Under the pieces are notes generated by a model that ran no database searches, was not told where the DNA came from, and worked only from the letters and a program-made list of their open reading frames with translations. From the NCBI RefSeq assembly GCF_054482595.1, contig NZ_CM137008.1: DNA of 64,000 nt, one strand, 5' to 3'. The translations under genes were made by a program, and so were the position numbers. This document shows positions 46,345 to 55,510 of this stretch, one piece after another (position 1 is the stretch's first letter; the number at the start of each line of letters is the position of its first letter).

Positions 46345-48288
46345 ATGTCGCAGCGTGATAATCTCTATCGCCGTCCAAGTGGTATCTATGTTCTTCGGAT
46401 CACTGTTCCGGTTCGTTATCGCGCCCTTATAGGGCAGCGTGAAATTCATGCATCTACCCGCACAACCCACCTTGCAAATGCCAGAGCTATTGCCGCGTGT
46501 TTGCTGGAGAAGTGGTATGCGTCTCTGGAAGAGTTCAGGCAAGTGGATAAAGAGAAGATCAGGGGCAATGCCCCATTGTTGACTGGCGCTGGCAAAATCA
46601 GCCTGGCGTTGTTTTGCGATTCATTTGGGGTTGGGGTTGAGACTGTCGTCCAGCATCTTCTGGCAGACAATGTGCCGCTGTATGCCCTTGTGTCGAACCA
46701 GCGTGGCTTTTTGATTGATGATTTCAGCACTCTTGAGCGTGATCCTGATACGCATGGGTTCGTTTTGACTAATATTGCGTATGACGGTGCTGAGGCTGCG
46801 GTGAACGGCTATATGCAGCTTTACCAGCCTCAGTTTGCCCTTGTTGAATTGCTGAACGGGCGAGAGGTTGAGGTTACGGCATTCAGGGCTAACAACGGCA
46901 ACCCTCTTTCCCTCTGGTTGTTGGATTTACCCGGGGTGACGCTGAATGCAAGTTCTTTGTTCATCAACAACGTGCAGGCTGAAAAACTGCGTTACGTCTG
47001 GGATAGCGCGCTTGCAGCATCGGAACCGACATCAACCACCCCACCAAAAGCGCCGACAGCGGCGCTTCCTGCGGCCGCTACTATCAACCCGTATTGTAAT
47101 CCGATGCATGCAAGCATGACGGTTTCAGCAGTTCTGGAAGAGTTTCTGGCCTATAAAAATACGGGTGATATCAAGTTAGCCAGTGAGGGGAAAATTCGTT
47201 CCAGAATCGAGCACTTTACGGAGATTATGGGTGATATGTCCTTAGGTGAGCTGGATCGTGAGGTCGTGAAGGATTACGTCAGTAGAATGCAGAAAATGCC
47301 CGGCAATCTGTATTTGATGCGGCGGAAATACAAGATTTCCGACACGCGAATGTTGATCGAAAGGGCGCTGGCTGATGGTCAGCCGGTAATGAGCCGGGAT
47401 GCGATTGGCAGGCATATTGAGTCACTGGGTTCGATGTTCAAATGGGCCAAGAAGGTGCGTTACCTGCTTGATAATCCAGCCGAGAATGTGCTCGCTCAGC
47501 GCCGCGTGATGGTGCGTGAGCAGGATCGCCGAGATCTCTTCACCGAGGATGAACTATTGCGTATTTTCTCTGCTGACTGGTTCAAAACTGGTGCCGGAAC
47601 ACCTAACCAATACGGACGTTACACGAGCTTTCGCCCGTTTCACTACTGGTTGCCCCTACTGGCATTATATGTGGGCGGGCGCATCAATGAGCTTTGCCAG
47701 CTTTATCTGGCGGACATTCGCGTGGATAAAAACGGTGTTGCCTATATTGATTTTAATCTTGATGCACCGGATAAGATGATGGATGAAGAGGCACTAGCCG
47801 GTGGCGATAAATCCTTGAAAACGGTGAATGCTATCCGTCAGGTTCCCCTACATCCACGACTGATCGAACTAGGGCTACTTGAGTATGTGGATGCGTTGAA
47901 AGCTGCCGGGTATGATCGTCTTTTCCCTGAGTTGAAGCATAATAAAATCAAAGGATATCGTGCCGCCGCCTCAAAATGGTTTAACGAAAACTACTTTGGC
48001 AAAGTCCTCGGTTTTACCCGTGACGGTAAGAAAACGTTCCATTCGCTGCGGCATACTTTCATCAACGCTGTTGACAAGTATGAGACCAACGAACGCACGA
48101 TTGCGCAGCTTGTTGGACATGTCCGGGGCAGCACTACTGCGATGACAACCTATCGTAAGGATGCTGATGTGGGAGAGCAATTGGACGTGATTTCGCAGCT
48201 TTGCTACAACTTGCCTGATATTGCGCAATTCGACTCGCAAGCGGGTATCAAGGCGGTCAGTGACGCACGGCGCAGACATAAATCGTGA
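46345..48288 (+). CDS. Tyrosine site-specific integrase with a long N-terminal extension (647 aa)
   Basis: Starts 90 bp after glyU; C-terminal region carries HSLRHTF and GHVRGSTTAMTTYRKD (catalytic His-x-x-Arg and Tyr motifs). Confidence 0.85.
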   Translation: MSQRDNLYRRPSGIYVLRITVPVRYRALIGQREIHASTRTTHLANARAIAACLLEKWYASLEEFRQVDKEKIRGNAPLLTGAGKISLALFCDSFGVGVETVVQHLLADNVPLYALVSNQRGFLIDDFSTLERDPDTHGFVLTNIAYDGAEAAVNGYMQLYQPQFALVELLNGREVEVTAFRANNGNPLSLWLLDLPGVTLNASSLFINNVQAEKLRYVWDSALAASEPTSTTPPKAPTAALPAAATINPYCNPMHASMTVSAVLEEFLAYKNTGDIKLASEGKIRSRIEHFTEIMGDMSLGELDREVVKDYVSRMQKMPGNLYLMRRKYKISDTRMLIERALADGQPVMSRDAIGRHIESLGSMFKWAKKVRYLLDNPAENVLAQRRVMVREQDRRDLFTEDELLRIFSADWFKTGAGTPNQYGRYTSFRPFHYWLPLLALYVGGRINELCQLYLADIRVDKNGVAYIDFNLDAPDKMMDEEALAGGDKSLKTVNAIRQVPLHPRLIELGLLEYVDALKAAGYDRLFPELKHNKIKGYRAAASKWFNENYFGKVLGFTRDGKKTFHSLRHTFINAVDKYETNERTIAQLVGHVRGSTTAMTTYRKDADVGEQLDVISQLCYNLPDIAQFDSQAGIKAVSDARRRHKS

Positions 48289-48461
48289 GATGTGCCAAAC
48301 GCGCCAGGAAGCTCTATGGCGCGTTTTTTATCAAGGGTAGTGGAAATCATGGTGCGGAATTTGCGGCGCTTTCGTAGCTCGACTGGCGCAGCTAGATGAA
48401 TCAGATGTAACCTTCAACAAGCAGCCTCTTTCGCAATATTTAAACAACTAGCGGAGTATGG

Positions 48462-48677
48462 ATGTTAATGGCGACCTACAGACAAATTGCCGATGATGTT
48501 AAATCCCGAACGGGGAGAACAGTCAAAACATGTTGGATAGCGCATGTTAAGTCATTGCATGGGCTAACCCGCCGCGTATCTCCAAACCGCATTAGCACCG
48601 AAAGCCGTGTTTATCCTTGCCCTGATAAATGGGTTGCGGAGATCGAGCAATCAATGAGAAATCTGGGCGAGCTTTAG
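48462..48677 (+). CDS. Small DNA-binding protein, possibly AlpA/excisionase-like
   Basis: 71-aa ORF downstream of the integrase; C-terminal KWVAEIEQSM resembles the AlpA-family W-x-x-E-I motif; weak assignment. Confidence 0.35.
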   Translation: MLMATYRQIADDVKSRTGRTVKTCWIAHVKSLHGLTRRVSPNRISTESRVYPCPDKWVAEIEQSMRNLGEL

Positions 48678-49035
48678 CTCTTTACTGCGCCGCTTAACTT
48701 TTGAGTCTGTTTGGCTCTATAAGGACTGTCTCGCCGCCACGGAAATTTTCGGACGCAATGCCTGAGAGGGAGCTTCCAAACCTAGGACTTCCACTTTCCC
48801 GCACCCAACTTATCCGGCTGCTTTTAACCGCGAACACGTTGAAGGTTAACAACGTTTAGTTCATGTCTGACTGAAAGGAACGGCCACCGACAAACACCGT
48901 TAGAGAAGGTATGTAAGCTGATAGTTGAGTTGCTATATATACAGTTATTAAGAGAACTGCACCCAGACCAGCAGGAATGCAGCTTCTTTCCTGCTGATTG
49001 TCACTTTTTTCTGGAATAAGGGAACGAGCGGTAGT

Positions 49036-50052
49036 TCAAACGTGGAGACGACGTAAGGCGCCCTTGACGGCGTTTTGCAGATCGCTAACAACCGCCAGAT
49101 GAGAGCTTTCTTTCCGCAGACGCTTGTCACCGTTGACCATCATCCAGCTACGTTTATCCCTACGCCCGATGTTATTGAATGAATGCAAGCCGCGCTCGGC
49201 TGTTGCGTCGTTCACCCTACGAACTGCGTTGATAGCGGTAAACCTGAACATATCACCGTTAGCCATCATTTCAGGCTCGATTGGTTTGCGAAATTTGAAC
49301 AGGTGAGCGAGGGTTTCAAATCGAAAGTGTTGTATGTCGTTAAGGCGGTTAAGAGAGTAGTGAGTGAGCACAGCACCTTTTAACGTGACTTCAACACGAG
49401 CGCGTTGCTTTTCTACAGGTAGTTTCTGACCGTCGTCAGTGCATTTGTGGTAGACATGCCACGAGATCTTGTCCCACTTGTTACCCGTTCTCAGGTTCCA
49501 TTCAGGATTGATACGAACATCCTGAACATCAAGGAAAACATTTTGTCGAGTTACGGGATTGTATTGTCGGGCTTTGGTTCCCGGACTGAACAGGGAACTT
49601 TGAAGCCGATAGGTCATCGCATTTGTAGCGGTAATCGACCGGGCTTTGTGCCAGAAATCGCAGAAGACTTCGACCCCCACAATTTGCGGCTCGTAAGCAA
49701 ATGGGAAACGATTTTGTAATTGGTCGAGGGCGGCTTCCAACTTCCCGTTATGGTTTGCTAGTAGATCGCGAAAGCGAATCCGAAAAACGTTGTTAGTGTT
49801 GCTTATGATGGGCTTTACCCAAGGTTTGACGTAGTTACCGGGACGGTGTTCGCACGATGCCAATTTTGAGATACGTAGACCGCAGGGTTCAACCCAGAGT
49901 TTTAATCCGGTGATTTTAAGTAATTCTTCCTGAACATAGCGATGCTGGGTCAGTCTAGATAAGCTGATCGTTATGTCCAGCCAGTCGATCCCGGCTGAGA
50001 CTTTAAAGAATTTGCGGTCTGCTTCGGCAGCTTTGCATTCTCGACTCTTCAT
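49036..50052 (-). CDS. Hypothetical protein, possibly YagK/YfjJ-like (inovirus Gp2-type replication-associated)
   Basis: 338-aa ORF; N-terminal GIDWLDITIS motif and placement beside integrase/AlpA-like genes as in CP4-57-type elements; assignment from memory only. Confidence 0.4.
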   Translation of the reverse strand: MKSRECKAAEADRKFFKVSAGIDWLDITISLSRLTQHRYVQEELLKITGLKLWVEPCGLRISKLASCEHRPGNYVKPWVKPIISNTNNVFRIRFRDLLANHNGKLEAALDQLQNRFPFAYEPQIVGVEVFCDFWHKARSITATNAMTYRLQSSLFSPGTKARQYNPVTRQNVFLDVQDVRINPEWNLRTGNKWDKISWHVYHKCTDDGQKLPVEKQRARVEVTLKGAVLTHYSLNRLNDIQHFRFETLAHLFKFRKPIEPEMMANGDMFRFTAINAVRRVNDATAERGLHSFNNIGRRDKRSWMMVNGDKRLRKESSHLAVVSDLQNAVKGALRRLHV

Positions 50053-50173
50053 AGTGTGGCCTTATTGAACGGAATCTCAAACTGCCATCAGGGTAATTCG
50101 AACTGAGCAGGTTTGAGAGCATTCGAGCAAGGTAGCATAACAATTTTAAGATAAAAACCTTACTTATCAACTA

Positions 50174-50198
50174 ACTGCGTTCATATTCTGAACGCAGT
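50174..50198. promoter_or_regulatory. Perfect 10-bp inverted repeat (candidate operator) in divergent intergenic region
   Basis: actgcgttca-tattc-tgaacgcagt between the YfjJ-like gene and the serine recombinase gene. Confidence 0.4.
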
Positions 50199-50355
50199 AG
50201 TCGTTGTTAACTTAAAGGCATGAGAACACTGTCGTTTTTCATATACAAAGGGTGCTTCGGCTCACCTGTAGCGATTCAGAGAAAGCACATGGTGCTATCT
50301 GGTAAAGCCGTCAGCCAGCCTAATATGTCTTACCACTTTTGAGCGCCAACAAACG

Positions 50356-50457
50356 ACCGTTTTCTGGCACCTTTCGATCGCACACTTTCACACTGTTGGA
50401 AAATTAGCCTTGGCTTTTCTGGCAGGCCATCCTAAGTTGACACCGTTTTCTGGCAGG
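50356..50457 (+). repeat. Three direct repeats of TTTTCTGGCA upstream of the serine recombinase gene
   Basis: ccgttttctggcac (50358-50370), gcttttctggcagg (50413-50426), ccgttttctggcagg (50444-50457); 20-125 bp upstream of the recombinase start. Confidence 0.45.
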
Positions 50458-50477
50458 GGCCGGAAGAGGAGATGACT

Positions 50478-51041
50478 ATGGCGATTTTTGGCTACGGGCG
50501 CGTTTCGACATCGCAGCAGGATACTGAGAACCAGCGTTTGGAACTTGAGCAAGCTGGATGGACTTTCGACTTTTGGTTTACTGATGTTGTTAGCGGGAAG
50601 GTTCCTGCGCTGCAACGCAAAGCGTTTTCCGAAATGCTCAGCAAAATCCGCGATGGTGAAACGCTGGTTGTTGCCAAACTCGACCGACTGGGACGCGATG
50701 CGATTGATGTTCTCCAGACTGTCAGGGCGATGGCCGAGCGTAATATCAAGGTCATTGTCCACCAGCTTGGCACAACGGATCTCTCCTCTGCTGCCGGTAA
50801 ACTTCTGTTGTCGATGCTGTCAGCAGTTGCGGAGATGGAACGTGACCTACTGATTGAGAGGACCCATGCGGGTTTGTTGCGGGCAAAAGCTGAAGGCAAG
50901 AAGCTGGGAAGACCGTCGAAAATCGCCCCAGAAGTCCATAGGCTGATTATTGAGAAAAAGAATAATGGAGCCAGTGTCAGCGCACTAGCGAGGGAGTATG
51001 GCGTTTCCAGAGCGACTATAGCTGCACTATTAGATTATTAG
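50478..51041 (+). CDS. Serine recombinase (resolvase / DNA-invertase family)
   Basis: Supplied ORF 50472-51041; N-terminal GYGRVSTSQQ catalytic-Ser motif, KLDRLGRD, C-terminal HTH; second ATG at 50478 has better SD spacing. Confidence 0.88.
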   Translation: MAIFGYGRVSTSQQDTENQRLELEQAGWTFDFWFTDVVSGKVPALQRKAFSEMLSKIRDGETLVVAKLDRLGRDAIDVLQTVRAMAERNIKVIVHQLGTTDLSSAAGKLLLSMLSAVAEMERDLLIERTHAGLLRAKAEGKKLGRPSKIAPEVHRLIIEKKNNGASVSALAREYGVSRATIAALLDY

Positions 51042-51127
51042 CAATTTAGATTTTTATTACAACTTCTGAATGGCAAGAGTGCTAATCTTGGAGAGTAAAA
51101 GCCCCCAAATGGGGGCTAAGTTAATAA

Positions 51128-52903
51128 CTAATAATGGACGTTTGCGATGAATTGAGGGAGAAGTTCTTTAAAATCATCTCTATACATATCCATATCACTC
51201 TGGAAACGAGAGATTATTTCTGTAATTTCTTTGCTTTTGGATAATCTTCCTGCTGTAGCTGGTTCTAACAGTGCAGATCTTGTTAATACCCTTTTTATTA
51301 CAGGGATCCATAACTCCTTCGCATTTTCTCTATTGACGCCATCTTTGAAGGATAATGAATATTTATTAGGTATCGCTGAACCTAATATTATTTCCAATAT
51401 GCTTGCTATAGCATGAATCATTAACAGTGATACGCCAGGTTGGGTCAATAGCTTATGTTTAATAGTATCTATTTCAGGAAGCTGGTTATGCCTAAATTGT
51501 TCATTAAAATCCGATTTTATCTGGCTTATAGCTTCATTTAAAGAATAGACAAAGATAATATGACCTAGAGTAATTGTATCATCAAAAGCCTTTTTATAGA
51601 GATCCTCATCATCCCAAATATCTTTTTTTCGATGATATGCACTTGTAGGATGAGCATGAAAAGCGATCAGGATTTGTGCAACTGTATCCGTTGGTAATAA
51701 AATTCTTTTTTGAGCCGGAGTTAACACTTGGCGAAGGCCACCTGTATATAAAGCTTCCTTATTTTTCTCGAAATCCTTTCTTAATCTTTTTTGTATAGAA
51801 TCACTGGAGCGAAAATCTGAGCGCAAGACCTTGTTTTGTGAATTATTCGCTAGAGTGATTTCATTAATTAGTTCGGGATTATTAACTCTTATGAACCTAA
51901 TTGCAACTCTTAGCGTATCATCTGGATCTTTCCCTAAATTTGAAATACTACCAGTAGTTTGAGCACCATTGACAATAGAAATACCAGTAACACTTTTAAT
52001 TTGACCGAGTGTTTTGGATTCGTCAATGAAATCAATTTCAAAATCATGGACTAAGGCAGTGATTCCGTTATTAAATACAAAGAAATTTCCTGGGTGTGTT
52101 TTAGCCGTGTTTTGTATTTCATTATTTATTGAGAGGTCTTTTTTATTACTTCCTAAATAAGACCTTACATTAGCGCTGAATAGTTTATCTTCACCGTAGC
52201 TATTATATAGTTCTTTAATAAATTTCCCTGGCATAAGGGTAGAAAATGAGGCCCAGTTTTCATTAGAGTTTTGATAAAAGCCATGCATACCAGTCAGCGA
52301 TATTTTATCTGATATCAAAATTGGACTGTGTTGAGAGTTATATAATTCATCAAGTGAACTTAAACCCATTTGCTTGGAGCTTATTCTCAGGTTATCAATA
52401 TGATAAATTGAGTTTAATTTGTCCATAATTGAACGCCCAATCGAATGTAAAGGTTTCTCACATTCTGGTGTTTCAGGGCAGTTATGAACAAACCATACAT
52501 TTATTTTCTCAATTTCATTATTTCTTAAAGCATCTCTTGCATCTTTTACCTGATCCCTTATCCTCAGAGGTATATTCTCTATATCAGCGGAAAGCAACGC
52601 GGTTTCTGCATAAGCTGTTTCTTGGGCCTTAGACGGCTTGGCCCCTTGAGGTCGAAATATAGTAGATTGATAAGATTGTATAAGATATATTTGTTTGCTT
52701 TCTCTATCGGTCATTAATATGTCTATATTTTCATCATCTCCCCCTTCAGTTATTATGTCGGGAGCTATCAATTCAATGCTGTCTATATTGTTATGTAACT
52801 CTATTGCATATAATGCACAATTTAAATTACCATATTTTTCTAGATCTTTTCTCTGTTGCAATGCTGACCAGAAAGAACTATCTGAAAGCTGTGTATATGT
52901 CAT
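51128..52903 (-). CDS. Hypothetical 591-aa protein, candidate abortive-infection (AIPR-like) phage-defence protein
   Basis: Long uninterrupted ORF in a visibly AT-rich segment with A/T-rich codon usage unlike flanking core genes; no Walker A motif; family assignment by size/context only. Confidence 0.6.
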   Translation of the reverse strand: MTYTQLSDSSFWSALQQRKDLEKYGNLNCALYAIELHNNIDSIELIAPDIITEGGDDENIDILMTDRESKQIYLIQSYQSTIFRPQGAKPSKAQETAYAETALLSADIENIPLRIRDQVKDARDALRNNEIEKINVWFVHNCPETPECEKPLHSIGRSIMDKLNSIYHIDNLRISSKQMGLSSLDELYNSQHSPILISDKISLTGMHGFYQNSNENWASFSTLMPGKFIKELYNSYGEDKLFSANVRSYLGSNKKDLSINNEIQNTAKTHPGNFFVFNNGITALVHDFEIDFIDESKTLGQIKSVTGISIVNGAQTTGSISNLGKDPDDTLRVAIRFIRVNNPELINEITLANNSQNKVLRSDFRSSDSIQKRLRKDFEKNKEALYTGGLRQVLTPAQKRILLPTDTVAQILIAFHAHPTSAYHRKKDIWDDEDLYKKAFDDTITLGHIIFVYSLNEAISQIKSDFNEQFRHNQLPEIDTIKHKLLTQPGVSLLMIHAIASILEIILGSAIPNKYSLSFKDGVNRENAKELWIPVIKRVLTRSALLEPATAGRLSKSKEITEIISRFQSDMDMYRDDFKELLPQFIANVHY

Positions 52904-53053
52904 GATAAAACCCTTTTTATTAATATGTAAATTTTATCTCATTCTATCTAAAATCATTTTTTTATATCTAATGATATAACATTAAATGTATGTGAAATAT
53001 TTAATGGTATCTGCTATGCCTTTGTTTATTAAAGCACAGTCTTCAAATCAGGG

Positions 53054-53161
53054 TCAACCAAACCACAGTATATTATATCCAACTATTGGATGTCGGTAAG
53101 CGACTAAGGCTAGTTGAGGTAACACATAAATAATACAATACCTTAGGGTATTGAGTTTCAT
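53054..53161 (-). CDS. Possible small ORF (35 aa, hydrophobic) with strong Shine-Dalgarno
   Basis: Minus-strand GAAGGAGGGACAGG-ATG...TGA encoding [35 protein letters not shown]; lies between IS2 and the 591-aa gene; several rare codons, so may be non-coding. Confidence 0.2.
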   Translation of the reverse strand: MKLNTLRYCIIYVLPQLALVAYRHPIVGYNILWFG

Positions 53162-53289
53162 CCTGTCCCTCCTTCTACGAACGTATCCACGCAGCGACTA
53201 GACTGGCCCCCTGAATCTCCAGACAACCAATATCACTTATTTAAGTGATAGTCTTAATACTAGTTTTTAGACTAGTCATTGGAGAGCAG

Positions 53290-53655
53290 ATGATTGATGT
53301 CTTAGGACCGGAGAAACGCAGACGGCGTACTACACAGGAAAAGATCGCTATTGTTCAGCAGAGTTTTGAACCGGGAATGACAGTCTCCCTTGTTGCCCGG
53401 CAACACGGTGTGGCAGCCAGCCAGTTATTTCTCTGGCGCAAGCAATACCAGGAGGGAAGTCTTACTGCTGTGGCCGCAGGAGAACAGGTCGTTCCTGCCT
53501 CTGAACTTGCTGCCGCCATGAAGCAGATTAAAGAACTCCAGCGCCTGCTCGGCAAAAAAACGATGGAAAATGAACTCCTTAAAGAAGCCGTTGAATACGG
53601 GCGTGCAAAAAAGTGGATAGCGCACGCGCCCTTATTGCCCGGGGATGGGGAGTAA
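53290..53655 (+). CDS. insC: IS2 transposase OrfA
   Basis: [41 protein letters not shown], matches remembered IS2 InsC. Confidence 0.95.
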
Positions 53656-54518
53656 GCTTAGTCAGCCGTTGTCTCCGGGTGTCGCGTGCGCAGTTGCACG
53701 TCATTCTCAGACGAACCGATGACTGGAAAGATGGTCGCCGCAGCCGTCACTCAGATGATACGGATGTGCTTCTCCGTATACACCATGTTATCGGAGAGCT
53801 GCCCACATATGGTTATCGTCGGGTATGGGCGCTGCTTCGCAGACAGGCCGAACTTGATGGTATGCCTGCGATCAATGCCAAACGTATTTACCGGATCATG
53901 CGCCAGAATGCGCTGTTGCTTGAGCGAAAACCCGCTGTACCGCCATCGAAACGGGCACATACCGGCAGAGTGGCTGTGAAAGAAAGTAATCAGCGATGGT
54001 GCTCTGACGGGTTCGAGTTCCGCTGTGATAACGGAGAAAAACTGCGAGTCACGTTCGCGCTGGACTGCTGTGACCGTGAGGCACTGCACTGGGCGGTCAC
54101 TACGGGCGGCTTCAACAGTGAAACAGTACAGGACGTCATGCTGGGAGCGGTGGAACGCCGTTTCGGCAACGAGCTTCCGGCGTCTCCAGTAGAGTGGCTG
54201 ACGGATAATGGTTCATGCTACCGGGCTAATGAAACACGGCAGTTTGCCCGGATGTTGGGGCTTGAACCGAAGAACACGGCGGTGCGGAGTCCGGAGAGTA
54301 ACGGCATAGCAGAGAGCTTCGTGAAAACGATAAAGCGTGACTACATCAGTGTCATGCCCAAACCAGACGGGTTAACGGCAGCAAAGAACCTTGCAGAGGC
54401 ATTCGAGCATTATAACGAATGGCATCCGCATAGTGCACTGGGTTATCGCTCGCCACGGGAATATCTACGGCAGCAAGCCAGTAATGGGTTAAGTGATAAC
54501 AGGTGTCTGGAAATATAG
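53613..54518 (+). CDS. insD: IS2 transposase OrfB (DDE integrase domain)
   Basis: 301-aa ORF overlapping insC in the -1 frame, matches remembered IS2 InsD. Confidence 0.95.
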
Positions 54519-54640
54519 GGGCAAATCCAGCGACTTCTTGAGCTTCGCCTGAAAAATTTGAAACCATGCGCTTGATGAGAATTGCATCTAGGTTACATTT
54601 GTGGGAACAGATCGTTGCTAGGGTAGCTATAAAATAAAAA

Positions 54641-55393
54641 TTATAATTTATTCATGCAGTTAGTGTAAATGAATGCCGCTGAAACCTGAGCATCTTGCTT
54701 GGGGTGTTCATATACATAGTCAACGAAGGTTTTATAGAGCGCAATCATCTGGGGTGTGACTTCGGACTTGCCATTCATATTATCGAGACGCTGATAATAG
54801 TCTGCTTTGGTCATTCCTCCGTTTCGGCCTTTGGTTACGTTTGCGGTGAATTGTGCTATACCCATACACATTTGATCTTTATGGTTATTCGTTTTATCCG
54901 GGTGAAGAGCACCTTCCAACACTTTATCACCGCTGATGGCATGTTGCGCCCACGCTGAATTGTTGGCGATAAACTTTTTGGAGCCGGTGGCAATACCGTA
55001 TTCGATGCGAATGCCATTATCGTGATAGCTACCGTCAGCATCTTTAGTCGCTAACTTTAGAGATATGCGGCAACCGGGGAGCGTTTTGTGTTCTTGCACC
55101 GAAGCAATAACGGTGTCTGTATCGCAATCAGCAAAGCTGTATGTGGGATTAACATAGGTATTCGTTTTGAGTAGTAACCCGGTTAAGCCGTTTTTATAGC
55201 CTTTTGCCGGTAGGGTTTTAAAGGCGTTACGGTCGCCATCCTTAATCGCTTCCCGAAACTGATCCATCCCAATGCGGATTGCCAGTTGATCGATGCTCTC
55301 GGCTGCATATGATGCAGATGATGTAGCGATTAATATGATGCTCAGCAAAAACTTGGCTGGAAAAACGGGTTTAATAATTCGTGTTTGTGACAT
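54641..55393 (-). CDS. Secreted protein of unknown function (signal peptide)
   Basis: Supplied ORF 54641-55492; probable start MSQTRIIKPVFPAKFLLSIILIATSSASYAAE (55393) with AAGGA SD; predicted signal peptide cleavage near SYA-AE; several Cys. Confidence 0.6.
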   Translation of the reverse strand: MSQTRIIKPVFPAKFLLSIILIATSSASYAAESIDQLAIRIGMDQFREAIKDGDRNAFKTLPAKGYKNGLTGLLLKTNTYVNPTYSFADCDTDTVIASVQEHKTLPGCRISLKLATKDADGSYHDNGIRIEYGIATGSKKFIANNSAWAQHAISGDKVLEGALHPDKTNNHKDQMCMGIAQFTANVTKGRNGGMTKADYYQRLDNMNGKSEVTPQMIALYKTFVDYVYEHPKQDAQVSAAFIYTNCMNKL

Positions 55394-55510
55394 GTTGTTA
55401 TCCTTCAGAATCCACCCCTGCGGTGATTTTAATCGCATGATAACGCTTTGATTCAAAATGTCACTATTGGAGCGTGGCTCTTTAGTGGACATCTAATCAA
55501 ATTCAGGAGG

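Larger units (their letters stand above)
53199..54529 (+). mobile_element. IS2 insertion sequence (IS3 family), intact, with 5-bp target-site duplication
   Basis: Terminal sequence TAGACTGGCCCCCTGAATCTCCAGACAACC at 53199 and right end ...GGAAATATAGGGGCAAATCCA at 54529; 1331 bp; flanked by GCGAC (53194-53198) and GCGAC (54530-54534). Confidence 0.95.

Noticed and set aside
52904-53198. Possibility that IS2 interrupted a protein-coding gene
   Set aside because: Joining the two flanks across the GCGAC duplication gives no long ORF on either strand; the insertion appears intergenic (only the doubtful 35-aa ORF nearby).
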